Positions 19,001-31,200 of a DNA stretch of 64,000 nucleotides are shown one piece after another. Numbering within the stretch: position 1 is the stretch's first letter; each line of letters begins with the position of its first letter. The notes under the pieces were generated by a model, which was not told where the DNA came from, made no database searches, and saw only the letters and a program-made list of their open reading frames with translations. Source of the DNA: a bacterium. Lineage in GTDB: Bacteria > Patescibacteriota > Minisyncoccia > Phycocordibacterales > UBA9973. The translations under genes and the position numbers were made by a program. Location: the NCBI GenBank assembly GCA_037130655.1, contig JBAXSP010000003.1, positions 4,684-68,683 of the forward strand, given 5' to 3'.

Positions 19001-21233
19001 AACACAATGTGTTAAAACAGACAATGTTGGATTACTTTCAGCCGGGTCTTGTGGTGGTGGAGGTACTTGGGGTTCAATTACTGGCACCCTTTCTTCTCAA
19101 ACTGATTTACAAAGTGCTCTTGATGCAAAGCTTGGTCTTGGTGGTTCAGTGTACACAACAACATCAGGTACAGGACTCGCGCTTTCAACTTCTAGTCTCA
19201 CAACAGGTACATTAGTAGATTTACAAATTACTGGTACCACTGTCGCAGGAGCAGGACAAATTGGATTGAATCTTTCTAGTGCTGGAAGTAATAATGGTAG
19301 TGGAATCACAACATACGGTGCAAAGTTTTCTAATACACATACAGGTACTACTTCTACTAATGTTGGTTTGTATACCACCGCATCTGGTGGAACCACTAAT
19401 CTTGCTTTGAATGTGGATGCTGGTCAGGCACTTATTGGCGGTACTGCACTCACTTCTGGAACACTCGCAAAATTAAATATCGTAAGCACAATGTCTTCAA
19501 CAGGGTCTACTACAGCAATTGCTGGAATTCATGGTGAGTACACATTGAGTAATGGTGGTACTGCAGGGTACGTCCAAGTAGGGAATCGTTTTGTTATAAA
19601 TAACACACCAACAACAAATGCGAATACTGCGGTGAACACCATTATCCGTTCGATAGATAACACTTCACTCGCAAATACATTACGAGGTATTGAAATTGTT
19701 TCAAACGCTGGAAGTAATACAGCAGGAACAAATACAGGTCTCCGTTCAACGGGGGCAACATTTGGTGTACAGGCAATCACCAGTGGTCTTGCGGGAGGTG
19801 TATCTTTGCCTGCTGGTTTGTATGCAGAAAATACTGGTACGACACAAGGAGATGTTGCAAGATTTTATACTGGAACAATGACTTCAGCACCATCAATGCT
19901 TAATGTGTATCAAGATACTTCAACCTTTACTGGAGCAGGACTTCTTATGGATATGGCTGCCGGAACAGGGACATTCTCAGGTAACTTCCTTGATTTCAAA
20001 AATGGAAGTGTCCAAAAATTTAAAGTTACTAGTGCTGGAAATACAAGTGTTAATCTTGCTACTTCGACAAACAATTTTGCAGTTTGTCACGAAACAAATG
20101 GCGCTGGCGTGGATCAGCTCAAAGACTGTAGTGGTGCCCCAACTGCCGACTATGCTGAAATGTATCCTGTAGAAACAGGTGCCACATTTGGTGATGTTGT
20201 TGTTACTGGTTCAGAGATGGTAGACACGTATGATACTGTTAACGGTGGAGTCGATTGGACTAAAATAAAAGGTCAGGTCACAAAACTTGTTAAGTCTACA
20301 AAAAGTTACCAAAGCAATGTCATCGGTATCGTATCAGACAACTCAGGAGATTTTACTACCGCTGGTCATAATATAAAAGATGCGGACAATCCAATGGCAA
20401 TTGCACTTAATGGACGTGTCCCAGTAAAGATTTCATCAAACTCAGAAGCTATATATCCAGGTGATTATATTACTACTTCAGATGAAGCCGGCAAGGCGAC
20501 AAAAGCTACTGAAGCAGGAACGGTGATCGGTAAAGCGCTTGAATTTTGGACACCTGGTTCTGGTAAAGCAACTGTAATGGTATACATTGAGCAGGGATAT
20601 TATGATGGTAACGGTACGGTGCAAAAAACATTTAACGGACTTACATTCTTTAATGCAGACGCATCGTTTATGAGTAAGGTAACGTTTGGTGCTCAGGCAG
20701 AGTTTGTTGTGCCACCGCTCTTCAATGCTGATACTGCTGGATTTGCAATTATAAAACAAGGTGCCAAGAAAGTTGAAGTAACCTTTGATACACCATATAT
20801 TGCAACTCCAATTGTAAATACTAGTATTTCATTTGAAGATACAGACAATATAGATGAAGCGAGTGCAACGCAATTCTTTGCAGATGATATTAAGTCAATT
20901 GTTATAAATAAGAGTAAGACTGGTTTTGCTATTATTTTGAATAAAAATGCTCCACGAGATATACGCTTCTCATGGATGGCACTCCAAGTAAAAAATCCAA
21001 AAGTATTTGAAAGTACTATTCCAGGATTAATAATTGAACCCCCAACACTTAATCAAAATTCTAATGCAAACCAAGAACAAGAATCTAATCAAAACTCAAA
21101 TACAGAACAAGAATCTAATCCTAACCAAAACTCAAATACAGATCCAAATCCAGATTTAGATCAAAACCAAAATCAAGAATCTAATTCTAATCAAAACACA
21201 GAACCAGCTCCAGAATCAATTCCCTCAGAATAA
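16083..21233 (+). CDS. 1716-aa secreted phage-tail-fibre-like surface protein with a putative autocleavage/chaperone-like C-terminal domain
   Basis: Signal peptide; [25 protein letters not shown]-terminal module; four [13 protein letters not shown](T/S)I.G..FDGT motifs; ADYAEMY...ALNGRVPVK...GDYITTS...GTVIGKALE domain; N/Q/E/S-rich tail. Confidence 0.75.
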   Translation: MKFFLKKLFNFSFTNLNKGFVFFVSFYLLISTLIPSSVFATAGVPTILHHQGRLLDSSGNLLGGSGTNYCFRFSLYDDANVGSGTKLWPSGTPSKMTVNVKNGVLNVDIGDTSAGGDLLDFDFNSTDEVYLNIDVAASVANSCASVTSFETLGPRQRVVSSGYAINSKMVGGFIPSQTPTGSNIPVLNAGALNLAGAVNAGGLTLGTGASVTGILNLKNSTNSNTIAIQSGVPTSSYTLTLPNDDGTPNQFLQTDGNGVLTWTSISGGGDALTANSLGQFATTTSAQLAGIISNETGSGALVFANTPTFITPVLGVATATSINGLTISSSTGTLNIANGSTLATSGANAITFTSTGTTNVTLPTSGTLVSSVSSGNGVSATNTAGALSFSLGAITPTTVNGITFSGSSTPTLAVTGTSSISGTNTGDQTTISGNAGTATALQTARTIGGVSFDGTANITVASATGGFAISGGNLTTTGSGQFGAASGTNGQITLTGSTSGTGIIKVNPTAGAGIVFQLPSANGSNGNVLTTDGNGVTSWTSASTGTVTAVSVVSANGISGSSSGGATPALTLSLGAITPTTVNGITFSGSSTPTLAVTGTSSISGTNTGDQTTISGNAGTATALQTARSIYGNNFDGTANLAQIIASNFGGTGNGFTKFSGPTTSEKTFTLPDASATLLYAGGALGTPSSGVATNLTGTAAGLSIGGNAATVTNATLTTGLTVNTGTVTLVGNAANTSVLTIGAGAVSVSGTNTGDQTTISGNAGTATALQTARTIGGVSFDGTANITVASATGGFAISGGDLTLGSNSLTMTGSLGSTGARLTKGWFTDLQVTNAINGSITGNAGTATALQTARTINGTSFDGTSNITVTADAGTLTGATLNSGVTASSLTSVGTLTGLSVSGTTSINASASTNTTAIGTGTTTGAVTIGGGANTVAINTTSWDISSTGVATGLTGITSSGSITLSGLGGGGTQCVKTDNVGLLSAGSCGGGGTWGSITGTLSSQTDLQSALDAKLGLGGSVYTTTSGTGLALSTSSLTTGTLVDLQITGTTVAGAGQIGLNLSSAGSNNGSGITTYGAKFSNTHTGTTSTNVGLYTTASGGTTNLALNVDAGQALIGGTALTSGTLAKLNIVSTMSSTGSTTAIAGIHGEYTLSNGGTAGYVQVGNRFVINNTPTTNANTAVNTIIRSIDNTSLANTLRGIEIVSNAGSNTAGTNTGLRSTGATFGVQAITSGLAGGVSLPAGLYAENTGTTQGDVARFYTGTMTSAPSMLNVYQDTSTFTGAGLLMDMAAGTGTFSGNFLDFKNGSVQKFKVTSAGNTSVNLATSTNNFAVCHETNGAGVDQLKDCSGAPTADYAEMYPVETGATFGDVVVTGSEMVDTYDTVNGGVDWTKIKGQVTKLVKSTKSYQSNVIGIVSDNSGDFTTAGHNIKDADNPMAIALNGRVPVKISSNSEAIYPGDYITTSDEAGKATKATEAGTVIGKALEFWTPGSGKATVMVYIEQGYYDGNGTVQKTFNGLTFFNADASFMSKVTFGAQAEFVVPPLFNADTAGFAIIKQGAKKVEVTFDTPYIATPIVNTSISFEDTDNIDEASATQFFADDIKSIVINKSKTGFAIILNKNAPRDIRFSWMALQVKNPKVFESTIPGLIIEPPTLNQNSNANQEQESNQNSNTEQESNPNQNSNTDPNPDLDQNQNQESNSNQNTEPAPESIPSE
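17248..18484 (+). repeat. Exact internal direct repeats in the fibre gene
   Basis: 17248-17402 = 17797-17951 (155 bp) and 17343-17497 = 18330-18484 (155 bp); a 60-bp core occurs three times, with a degenerate fourth copy near 18609-18677. Confidence 0.9.
21051..21200 (+). repeat. Imperfect coding tandem repeats (NQNSN..QES)
   Basis: Repeated caaaactcaaatacaga and aacaagaatctaat units at the C-terminus. Confidence 0.7.
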
Positions 21234-21266
21234 AAAACCTCTCAAAATTTTGAGAGGTTTTTTATT
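21229..21266. terminator. Bidirectional terminator, perfect 38-bp palindrome
   Basis: aataaaaaacctctcaaaa|ttttgagaggttttttatt between convergent genes. Confidence 0.8.
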
Positions 21267-21279
21267 TTAAATAAATTAT

Positions 21280-22077
21280 TTATATTGATTTTATTTTTAT
21301 AAATCTTTTTTTGTTGATATCGATTTTTTGTAGGGTGATAGTGATGAGTCCTTGAAATTCAGTAGCTGTCATATTATCTACATCAACAAGTGTTGGTAAT
21401 TCTATCCTTCTTGAAAAGGTACCCCATTGTAATTCTTTCAAAATATAATCAGGTTCATATATTTTTTTAGTGTTTACATAAGTGTTAAAATTTTCTGCAA
21501 CTCGTACACCTGCAATAGTCAATGTTTGCATACTTATGCTTAAAATTAATTTACTTGGATCACAACCAGGGAGCATAAACTGAACAACAATTTCATTTTT
21601 ATTTTCGTAAATATCAGCAGGTGCTTCTAGTGTTGTGGATAACTCATTTTCTTTAAAAGTAGATAAGTCATCAAACGGTGAATTCGTGTCAACTTCTTCC
21701 GATCTGAAATTTGTGTTTTTTACAGAATTTTGGACGTCAACGTGTTCGAACCATGTCTTGAAAGCAGGGATGCTTGTCGGGTCTATAATCTTTATAATTT
21801 TGATCAAAGTGTCGGCATCTGCTACATCAGCCAGATAACTTTTACCGTCAGATGATTGGAGTTTCAGTTGGTTACATTCACTAACCAACTGGTTCTGTGT
21901 ATTTTTTAAACGATTTTTTAATGTCTTCCAATAATTACGAGCGTCGACACTTTCAGTAAGTACTCCGATTATATCAGTAATAGAAAAATACCAGCGTGCT
22001 CTTTGGTTATCCCATACACGACGAATTTGCTTATCTTCCGCATCAGAAATACTAATTTTTTGTTTGATTTTCGACAT
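21280..22077 (-). CDS. Bro-N (antirepressor-type DNA-binding) domain fused to an Hsp20/alpha-crystallin domain
   Basis: N-terminal IRRVWD....WYFSITDIIGVLTES..ARNYW..LK.RL...C.QLKL.S.DGK.Y..DVAD..TL...FK.W; C-terminal PADIYE..NEIVV...LPG...TLTIAG.R...EL.WG.FSRRIELP..VD......GL.TI.L.K. Confidence 0.8.
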   Translation of the reverse strand: MSKIKQKISISDAEDKQIRRVWDNQRARWYFSITDIIGVLTESVDARNYWKTLKNRLKNTQNQLVSECNQLKLQSSDGKSYLADVADADTLIKIIKIIDPTSIPAFKTWFEHVDVQNSVKNTNFRSEEVDTNSPFDDLSTFKENELSTTLEAPADIYENKNEIVVQFMLPGCDPSKLILSISMQTLTIAGVRVAENFNTYVNTKKIYEPDYILKELQWGTFSRRIELPTLVDVDNMTATEFQGLITITLQKIDINKKRFIKIKSI

Positions 22078-22213
22078 ACGTTGATACGTATAGTATATAA
22101 CATTCTAGACAAAATATTGTATTTTGATGTAGAAAAAATAATTAAAAAATAAGTGTTAAATTTATTAAAATTATTATTTACTGATATTTTTTACTACGTT
22201 ATACTATATATAC

Positions 22214-25200
22214 ATGAACAAATCAGTAACAAAAATAATAAAATTTTCTACAATTTTTTTTGTAGTTAGTTTTTTATTTTTTGGAACTACTCATAGAGCT
22301 GAAGCCGCTACTCGAACTTGGACAGGTACAACAAGTGGTGCTTGGTCTGTTGCAAGTAACTGGGGAGGGACAGCACCGGTGACTGGTGACGATCTCGTTT
22401 TTCCAAGTGGTGCATCAAACTTATCTAACACAAATGATCTAACTGAAAATACAATTTTCAACTCAATCACTTTTTCTGGTAGTGGTTATACATTGTCGGG
22501 TAATCCAATTATTCTTGGGGCGGGACTTGCAGGTATTACAGATAGTGCTGCTTCAGGTGGAAACACAATTGCACTTGATGTGCGTCTCGACGTTACTCGA
22601 GATATTATTGTTACGAACACAGCAGAGAGCTTAACTATTAGTGGTCGCATCGCTGGTGTTGGTGGTATCAACAAAGAAGGGACTGGTAAATTAATTTTAT
22701 CTGGTGCCAATACTTTTGGTGGAACTTTAAAGATTAACGTTGGGGTTGTTAATGCTCGTAATGACAGAGCGCTGGGAACAATTGCGGCTGGTACTGAAGT
22801 TGTTGGTGGTGCAGCACTTGAATTGCAAGGAACAATAAACATTGGTTATGAAGCGTTGACATTGCGTGGGTATGGAGTTTCAAATACTGGTGCTTTGAGA
22901 AATATAAGCAACAATAATACTTTTGCAGGATTGATAACACTTGTTTCGGCTGGTGGCACTGAAATAACATCTGACTCAGGGACATTAACCATAACCGGTG
23001 GTATGACCGGTGCATTTCCTTTAGTGATAGACGGCGCAGGTAATGTTACTTTTTCAACGACACCTATTGCTACATCTACTGGTACTGTTACAAAAAATGG
23101 CGTAGGAACATTGACTTATAATTTTCCAAACACTTATACAGGACTTACAACAATCAATACTGGGACTCTTGCGTATGGAGTAGACAATGCAATATTGTCA
23201 GGTGCTATTACTGTTACTGGTGGTACGCTTGATATCGGGACATATTCTGATATGGTGGGTACGGTAACTCTAGGTACTCTTGATTTAGCAACTGGTACCA
23301 TAACAGGAACTTCTGGAGTTCTTAGTAGTGCTACCTATACAGTCTATAACGGTACTATTAGTGCAATTATTGCAGGTGATGTTCCTGGGGGAACAACTCA
23401 GTTAACTAAATCAACTGTTGGGACAGTGACATTGACTCGTCCTAATCAATACACTGGTGCCGTGCTAATTTCTCTGGGCATTTTGAAAATTCAAAATAGT
23501 ACATCTTTGGGTACTATCGATGGTGCTACCACTGTTACTGCTGGTGCAACACTTCAAGTTGATGGAAGTAGTTTGTCAGTTCCAGAGTACATTACATTTT
23601 CTGGCACAGGACATTTGTATACTGGCGCTATTAGAAATTCAACTGGCAACAACACATTGACCGGCTTACTTACTCTTGGTGCTGCGGCGATGATCAAGTC
23701 TGATGTAAGTACAACCTTGACTGTCGACACAAAAGGACTCTCAGTAACAACATTAGGATTAAGCATTGCTGGTGATGGCAATACTACTTTTACTTCCTCT
23801 GCACCTATTTATGGAACTACAGCGACTTTAACCAAAGATGGAGCTGGTACAGTAACGATACAATCTTTCAGTAACTTTACCGGTACTACTACTATTAATG
23901 GCGGAGTGTTAAATTTGAATGGTTCTGGCGCAATACCGCTTTCAACCACTATTGCCATAAATGCTGGAGCAACTTTAACACTTGATAATAGTACAACGAG
24001 AGTGCTTGATCGCATTGCTGATACTGCAGCAATAACAATGAACGGTGGTAATTTTAATTTTACAGGTTCAAACACTGCTTCAACAGATGTACTTGAAACA
24101 GCAGGAGTTTTGACAGCAGGTATTGCAACACAATCAGGTGATAATAAGATTACTATTACACCAGGGAGTGGAGGATCATCAATCATGCGTTTTGCTTCAC
24201 TTACTCGTACTGCAGGTTCCTCTCTTTTGTTTAGAGGTACTTCATTTGGTTCAACTCCAGGTGCAAATATATCAACACTACTATTTAGTACAGCACCGAC
24301 ATTACTAGGGGATGATGGTGCCCCAAACACCCCAACGTTGAGTATTATTCCAGGTGCTTTTGGAGACAGTTCTTTGACTGGAACGGGGACCGATATGGTT
24401 ACCTATGGTCAAGGTAATAACAACGGATTGCGCTTACTCAATGGTGCTGGATTTAGTGGAGAATATACTACTGATCTCACAATCACTAATGCGAATATAA
24501 AATTAACCGCAAGTACTGTAGCATCTACGTCTCAAATTAATTCATTGATCCTGAGTTCAAGTGCGACCATTACAGATGCAGGAAGTGCTCAAAACATAAC
24601 GTTAACATCTGGTACTATCTTAAATCTAGTTAGTAATGCTACTTTAGCTGGGGCAAATACTACACTAACAATGGCAAGTAATGTGGAAGGAATCATTCGT
24701 ACTGTTAGTGACGTTAGTTTATCTGCAATACTGGCTACAACTGGAGGTGTGACAAAAAGCGGGACAGGTACATTAACTATTGCTACTGCACAAACGTATA
24801 CAGGTCTTACTTCAATTAATGAAGGTACTTTGTTGTACGGGTTAAATGATTCCATTTCTTCAGGTAATGTTACGGTTAATGGTGGTACTTTTAATATTGC
24901 TAGTTTTACTGATACAGTTGGTGCAGTAATTTTACAAAAGGGAACTATTACTGGTACTTCTGGAGTGCTCACTGGAACTTCATATAGTTTTCGAGAGGGA
25001 ACTGTTAGTGCTATTATTGCGGGTGCTGTTGCTGTTACTCGTGTTGCTACAAATACTTCGTCAGATAGTGTCGTTATATTAAGTAAAAATAATACTTATT
25101 CCGGAGCTACTACTATAACGAGTGGTATTTTGAAACTTGGCGCAGCTGGTGATGGTATAAATACACCTCTTGGTACAACTGCCGGTGGAACAACAATTGC

Positions 25201-28200
25201 AAACATTGGAGCTCTTGATTTGAATGGTTATACACTCTCAACTGCCGAGGCAATAACTTCTATGAACGGATTAGGTTTTGGTCCTGGGGCTACTGTTGCT
25301 AATGGAAATAGTAATATGGGCGCACTTATGAATAGCTCAAATACTGCAGTGAGTTATAGTGGAGCGATTACACTTGCTGCTGCATCACGTATAAATGCTG
25401 ACTACGGAGCCCTGACAATTAGTAGTGCTATCTCTGGAGCGTTTACTTTAACTATAGGAGGATTTAGTAATACTGAACTTTCTGGAGTTATTGGCTCAGG
25501 TGCTGTTGCTATAACTAAAGATGGAATCGGGGATCTTCTTCTTTCTAATGGTAACTCATCATATACAGGTGTAACTACTGTCAGTGTCGGTACGCTTAAA
25601 ATTGGTGCCGTATCGGTTGGTGGTACAAACTCTCCACTAGGTACAGCAGGAGGTGCAACATCAATTACTGCTGGTGCTCGTCTTGATTTAAATGGATTTT
25701 CACTTGGAATAGCAGAACCTATAACAAACTTAAATGGTGTTGGGTATGGACTTGGAGATTTTGCAAGTGGTGCGATTATCAATAGCTCTGCTTCTGCGGT
25801 AACATTTACGGGGTTAATTACTCTCGGATCTGCTTCTACTATTAAAGCAAATTCTGGTGACATCAATTTAACTGCCGCGGGTACTATCACAGGATCTGGG
25901 TTTGGGTTAACTCTTGGAGGAACAGGAGTAGGAACTATTTCAAGTATTGTTGGTACCGGTGCTGGTACTGTTACAAAAATAGATACAGGAACGTGGACAC
26001 TCTCTGGTGTGAGTACTTATACCGGTGCTACAGCAATTAACCTCGGAACATTTAAGTTTGGTGTGAGTGATACTGCTGGAGGTGGACCACTCGGAACAGT
26101 TGCTGGTGCAACTACTGTATACAGTGGAGCTGTCTTGGATCTAAACGGTTTTCTCTCTAGTACTTTAGCTGAGCCACTAACTATAAACGGACGAGGAATT
26201 AGTGATGGAGGCGCGCTTATTGGAAGCAATGGAACATACACCGGTACTATAGCTTTAGCTACTGATTCTCGTATTACAAATGCTTCTGGAACAATGACGG
26301 TAACAGGAGCTGTTAGTGGTGCGTTTTTCCTTTATGTTAGTGGAGCAGGTAATGTTACTTTTAGTACGGCTATTCCTACCTCAGGTCTTTCCCTGACAAA
26401 ACAAGGAGCTGGTACATTTACCGTAACAGGTACTAATTTATATACGGGAGAAACTCGTATTGACGCAGGTACATTTGCGTATGCGGCAGGAGGGACGGCA
26501 GTTCTTGCGGGTACAAACTTAATGATGAAGGGAGGTACTTTTAACAATGCTACAAGTGTGGATACTATTGGTACGGTTACACTTGTTGGTGGAACTATTA
26601 CCAATACAGCAACAGCTTTAACAGGAACCGCTTATACACTTGAGAACGGAACAATTAGTGGAGTTATAGCTGGAGCAGTTGCTGTTACAAAAAACACAAA
26701 CAACACTGTTACTTTGTCTGGTGTGAACACTATTAGTAGTACGATAACAATTAATGCGGGAACACTTACTATTAGTGGTAGTGGTAGTGCTACATCGGTG
26801 ACTGGCGTTACTATTAACTTGGGCGGGACATTGACACTAGATAATGGTACAACTGCTGTTGCAGATAGATTAAATGGTTCTGGAGGAACAAACGCGATTG
26901 TTATTACAATGAACGGCGGAAATTTAAATTTTATCGGTAATACTTCTGGTACTTCTGCAGAAACAATGGGTCAGTTGCTATTGTCTTCAGGTCACAATAT
27001 TGTGACGGTAACTCCAGGTGCTGGTGGATCAACAACACTTACTTTTGCATCTAATCCTGGATTAAGTAGGACTGCTGGAGCAACAGTTCTCTTTCGTGGG
27101 ACAAGTTTCGGTGCTACTCCTGCAGCGAACGTTTCAACTTTGATGTTTTCTAATGCACCGACTCTCACTGGCGCAGGAGGAGCCGCAAGTTCTACAACGA
27201 TTAGTGTTATTAAGGGTGCGTATGGTGATAGTTCTCTCTCTGGAACAGGTAGTGATATGGTTACTTATAACGTAGGTAATACTAACGGCTTGCGTTTGCT
27301 TAATGGTGCTGGATTTTCTGGAGAATATGCAGGTGATTTAGCTACTGCAAATGCAAACGTAAAACTAACTGCAGATAGAGTAGCGGTAGCCACAAACACA
27401 AACTCACTTATTTTAAATGGTTTCAATATTACTAACCCAGGAGGCGCCATTACTATACCTATGTCATCTGCATCACTTGCAGGAAATATTTTAATAAACT
27501 CAGCCACAAATATCGCTGGTGCAAACACTACTCTTGGTATTACTACTTTTGAACTTAATATATTAGCTACAAACACTTCAACTATTTCTGCGATTATCGG
27601 TACAGCCACAACGGGATCAGTTACACTAAGTGGAACAGGAAATGTCACACTTAGTGCTGCAAATCTTTATACGGGTACTACATTTATAAATGGTGCAACA
27701 CTTACGGCTGGTGCAAGTAATGTTATCTCAAGTGGAGGTGTGACTATCGTGGGTGGCACATACAATCTTGCGGGTAACTCTGATACTGTCGGAGCGCTTT
27801 CTATTAACGCAGGGACTATCACAACTGGAGCGGGGACTCTGACAGGGAACGGTACATTTAGTACGGTTGCTAATAACAACGTCACTTCAATAATTACAGG
27901 GAACTTGGGTCTTGGGGCGAACGCGACATTTACCATTAATGATGGACTTATGGATAATGATGCACTGATAACAGCTGTCATTAGTGGTGCATTTACTTTT
28001 GCAAAAGCAGGTTCCGGTGTATTGGAACTTTCTGGTAGTAATACTTATTCTGGGGCACTGACTATTAGTGGAGGAACAATTCGTCTTGGTGCCACTGGTG
28101 ATGCAACTAACACACCGCTCGGTACAACAGCTGCCGGTACAACAGTATCAAGTGGGTTCTCTCTTGATTTAAACGGATATACTTTAGGTACATCAGAAGC

Positions 28201-31200
28201 ACTTACTATAAGTGGTACAGGTATTGGGGCTTTTGGAGCTCTTTTGAATACGTCTTCAACTGCGGTGACATATAGTGGACTTATTACTCTCGGAGCATCA
28301 GCTACTATAACTTCTGGTTATGGTGATATTACTTTATCAAACACAGGAAGTATGACTGGTACTGGATTTGCTTTGACTTTGAACGGTGCTGGTAACGGAT
28401 CACTCGCAACCCAAGTGAATACTTCAACTGCTGGGTCACTTGTGAAGAATGGTTCAGGTGTATGGACTATTTCAGGTGATGGTAACTATACCGGAGTAAC
28501 TACTGTTACTGCGGGTACGTTAAAACTTGGAGCAGCTGGTGGCTCAACAAACAATCCACTTGGTACAACAGGTGGAGCAACAACTGTTGCCAGTGGTGGA
28601 ATATTAGATTTGAACGGCTTTACTCCTGGGACATCTGAACCTTTGACAATAAACGGAACTGGACTTACATCAAACGCAACCGTCGGTGCACTTATAACTA
28701 GCTCTGGTAGCTCAACATCATTTAATGGTCCGCTTACTCTTGGTGCGAATGCTCGTATTGCAAACTATGGTAGTGGAGTATTTACTTTGACTGGTGCAAT
28801 TTCTGGAAACTTTGCTTTGACAACAGTAACTGTTGGTGGAATTACGCAGTCTTCTGCCAGTGTTTGGTCAGGTACTGGAACATTAATAAAAGAAGGTTCA
28901 GGTACACTGATACTAGCAGGTCAAAATACGATGAGCGGTGCCATGACAGTAAGTACTGGTGTGTTGCAACTTGGAGCAAGTGGGGGAGCTACAAATACAC
29001 CACTTGGTACAAATGCTGGAGGTGTAACTGTGTCTTCGGGTGCAGTGCTCGATCTATCTACATTTAACCTTGGCGGAGCATCAACATATGAGACATTGAA
29101 CCTAAGTGGTACAGGTATAAACAATGGTGGAGCACTCACTAGTTCGGCATCATCAGGTACCACTAACTTTGGAGCCATGACTGTTACAGCAAACTCTAGA
29201 GTGGTGAATTCTGGTGCGGGTACTATTGCTTTTACTGGTACAGTAACCATTGCAAACACTATTAACCTTGGTATTGGTGGAAGTGGACCAACAACAATTT
29301 CAGGAGCATACGGCGCAAGTGCAACTACTGCAACACTGACCAAATGGGATGCTGGGACTTTGATTTTGAGTGGTATTAATCCTGTCACAGGATTGTATCG
29401 TGTGAATGGTGGTACTTTAAAAATTAGTGATGCCAATAGTTTAGCAGTAGCACCAGTGACTGTTGCCGGGGGGACTTTTGATTTCAATGGAGTAACGGAC
29501 ACAATTGGTATTGTTAGTTTAATCAGTGGTACCGTGACAGATTCTAATGGAACTCCTGGTATTCTAAGTATTGCTACAAACTCAATTTTTGAAAGTGGTA
29601 CTGTCAGTGGTGTGCTCTCTGGTACCACACTTGCAATTGCAAAAAACACAGGAGGTACCGTTACATTTAATAAATCGAATACTTATACAGGAACAACAAC
29701 AATCAATGCTGGAACAATTCAATATTTAGCTAGTAATATTATGGCTGATACCAGTAACATTACTGTGACCGGTGGTATTTTGGATATTGGTACTAATTCT
29801 GATACTGTCGCAACTGTTACTCTTACTAGTGGAGCTATAACTGGAAGTAGTGGAATCTTAACTGGAAGTTCTTATGCTGTAACAAGTGGAACTATTAGTG
29901 CAATTTTAGCTGGTGCAGTGAACTTGACCAAAACCACAGCCGGAACCGTAACGCTTTCAGGTGTTAATACGTATACTGGAATAACAACAATAAGTGGTGG
30001 AACTTTAAGCGTTGCTACTATTGGGAATGGTGGTGCTGGTGGTAGTAATCTTGGGAATGCTTCAAACGCTGCAGCTAATATAGTATTTAATACTGGTACA
30101 GGAACACTGCAATATACTGGTGCAACAGCATCAACTGATCGTGCGTTCACGACGACCGCAGCTATCACTATGCAGTTTGATATTACTAATCCTAACACTG
30201 TACTTACTTGGGGTGGTGTTGGTACAACAACCACAGCACCATTAACTAAAATTGGACAAGGTACATTAAAATTTTCTGTAGCACAAGGGTATACTGGATT
30301 AACTACAGTACTCGCAGGAACCTTGCAATATGGTGCTTCTGATACATTATCTACGGGTGCAGTAACGGTAATTAATGGTACGTTTGATATAAATAATTTC
30401 TCTGATAGCGTTGGTATTATTACACTGCAAAATGATGGTCAGATAATAGATTCTGGTGGAACAACAGCAGTATTAACAACCACAGGAACAATGGCCGCAC
30501 AAAGCGGTACAGTAAGTGCTGTTATTGGTGGATCAACTGCTACCGGTATTACCAAGAGTACTAGCGGTAGAGTAATTCTTTCAGGAAATAATACTTTTAC
30601 CAGTACTGCGATTGCCCTAAGTGCTGGATATTTGAATCTCCGTCATAATAATGCATTGGGTGCGTCTGGTACTACACTTGCTACAACTATTACATCTGGT
30701 GCTGTTCTTGAGCTACAAAACACTATTACCTTACCAAGCACGAAGACAATCACCGCTAACGGTACTGGGGTAAATAATAGTGGTGCTGTTCGAAATATAC
30801 TTAATTCTAATGCAATTGGCGCTACGGTGACACTTGGTTCAAGTAATACACGTATTAATTCTGATAGTGGAACACTGACCGTCGCTGCAGTGTCAGGTAC
30901 CGCAACCAACCTACTTGTCGGTGGTGCTGGAGATATTGCTATCACTGGCGCGATTGCTACAACCAGTGGAACGCTTGCCAAAGATGGTGTTGGTACGTTG
31001 ACCTTAACTGGAACCAATACATATACCGGCACCACCACATTAACAGCAGGTACTACTATTGCTAATGCTACAGCTGCTCTTGGTACTGGGGCTTCTTCGA
31101 ATACACTTATTTTTAATGGGGGAACACTGAAAGCTTCAGGAACAATTACTTCTCCCTCTGCCCGTGCTGTTACACTTACTGCAACAGCTATAATTGATAC

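Noticed and set aside
16916-19087. Long minus-strand ORFs (329 aa and 322 aa) inside the fibre gene
   Set aside because: Antisense shadows of Gly/Thr/Ala/Ser-rich codons; the V/P/A-rich translation simply mirrors the plus-strand repeats.
16083-22077. Prophage, suggested by tail-fibre motifs and Bro-N
   Set aside because: No integrase, terminase, portal, capsid or lysis genes, and the fibre protein has a Sec-type signal peptide.
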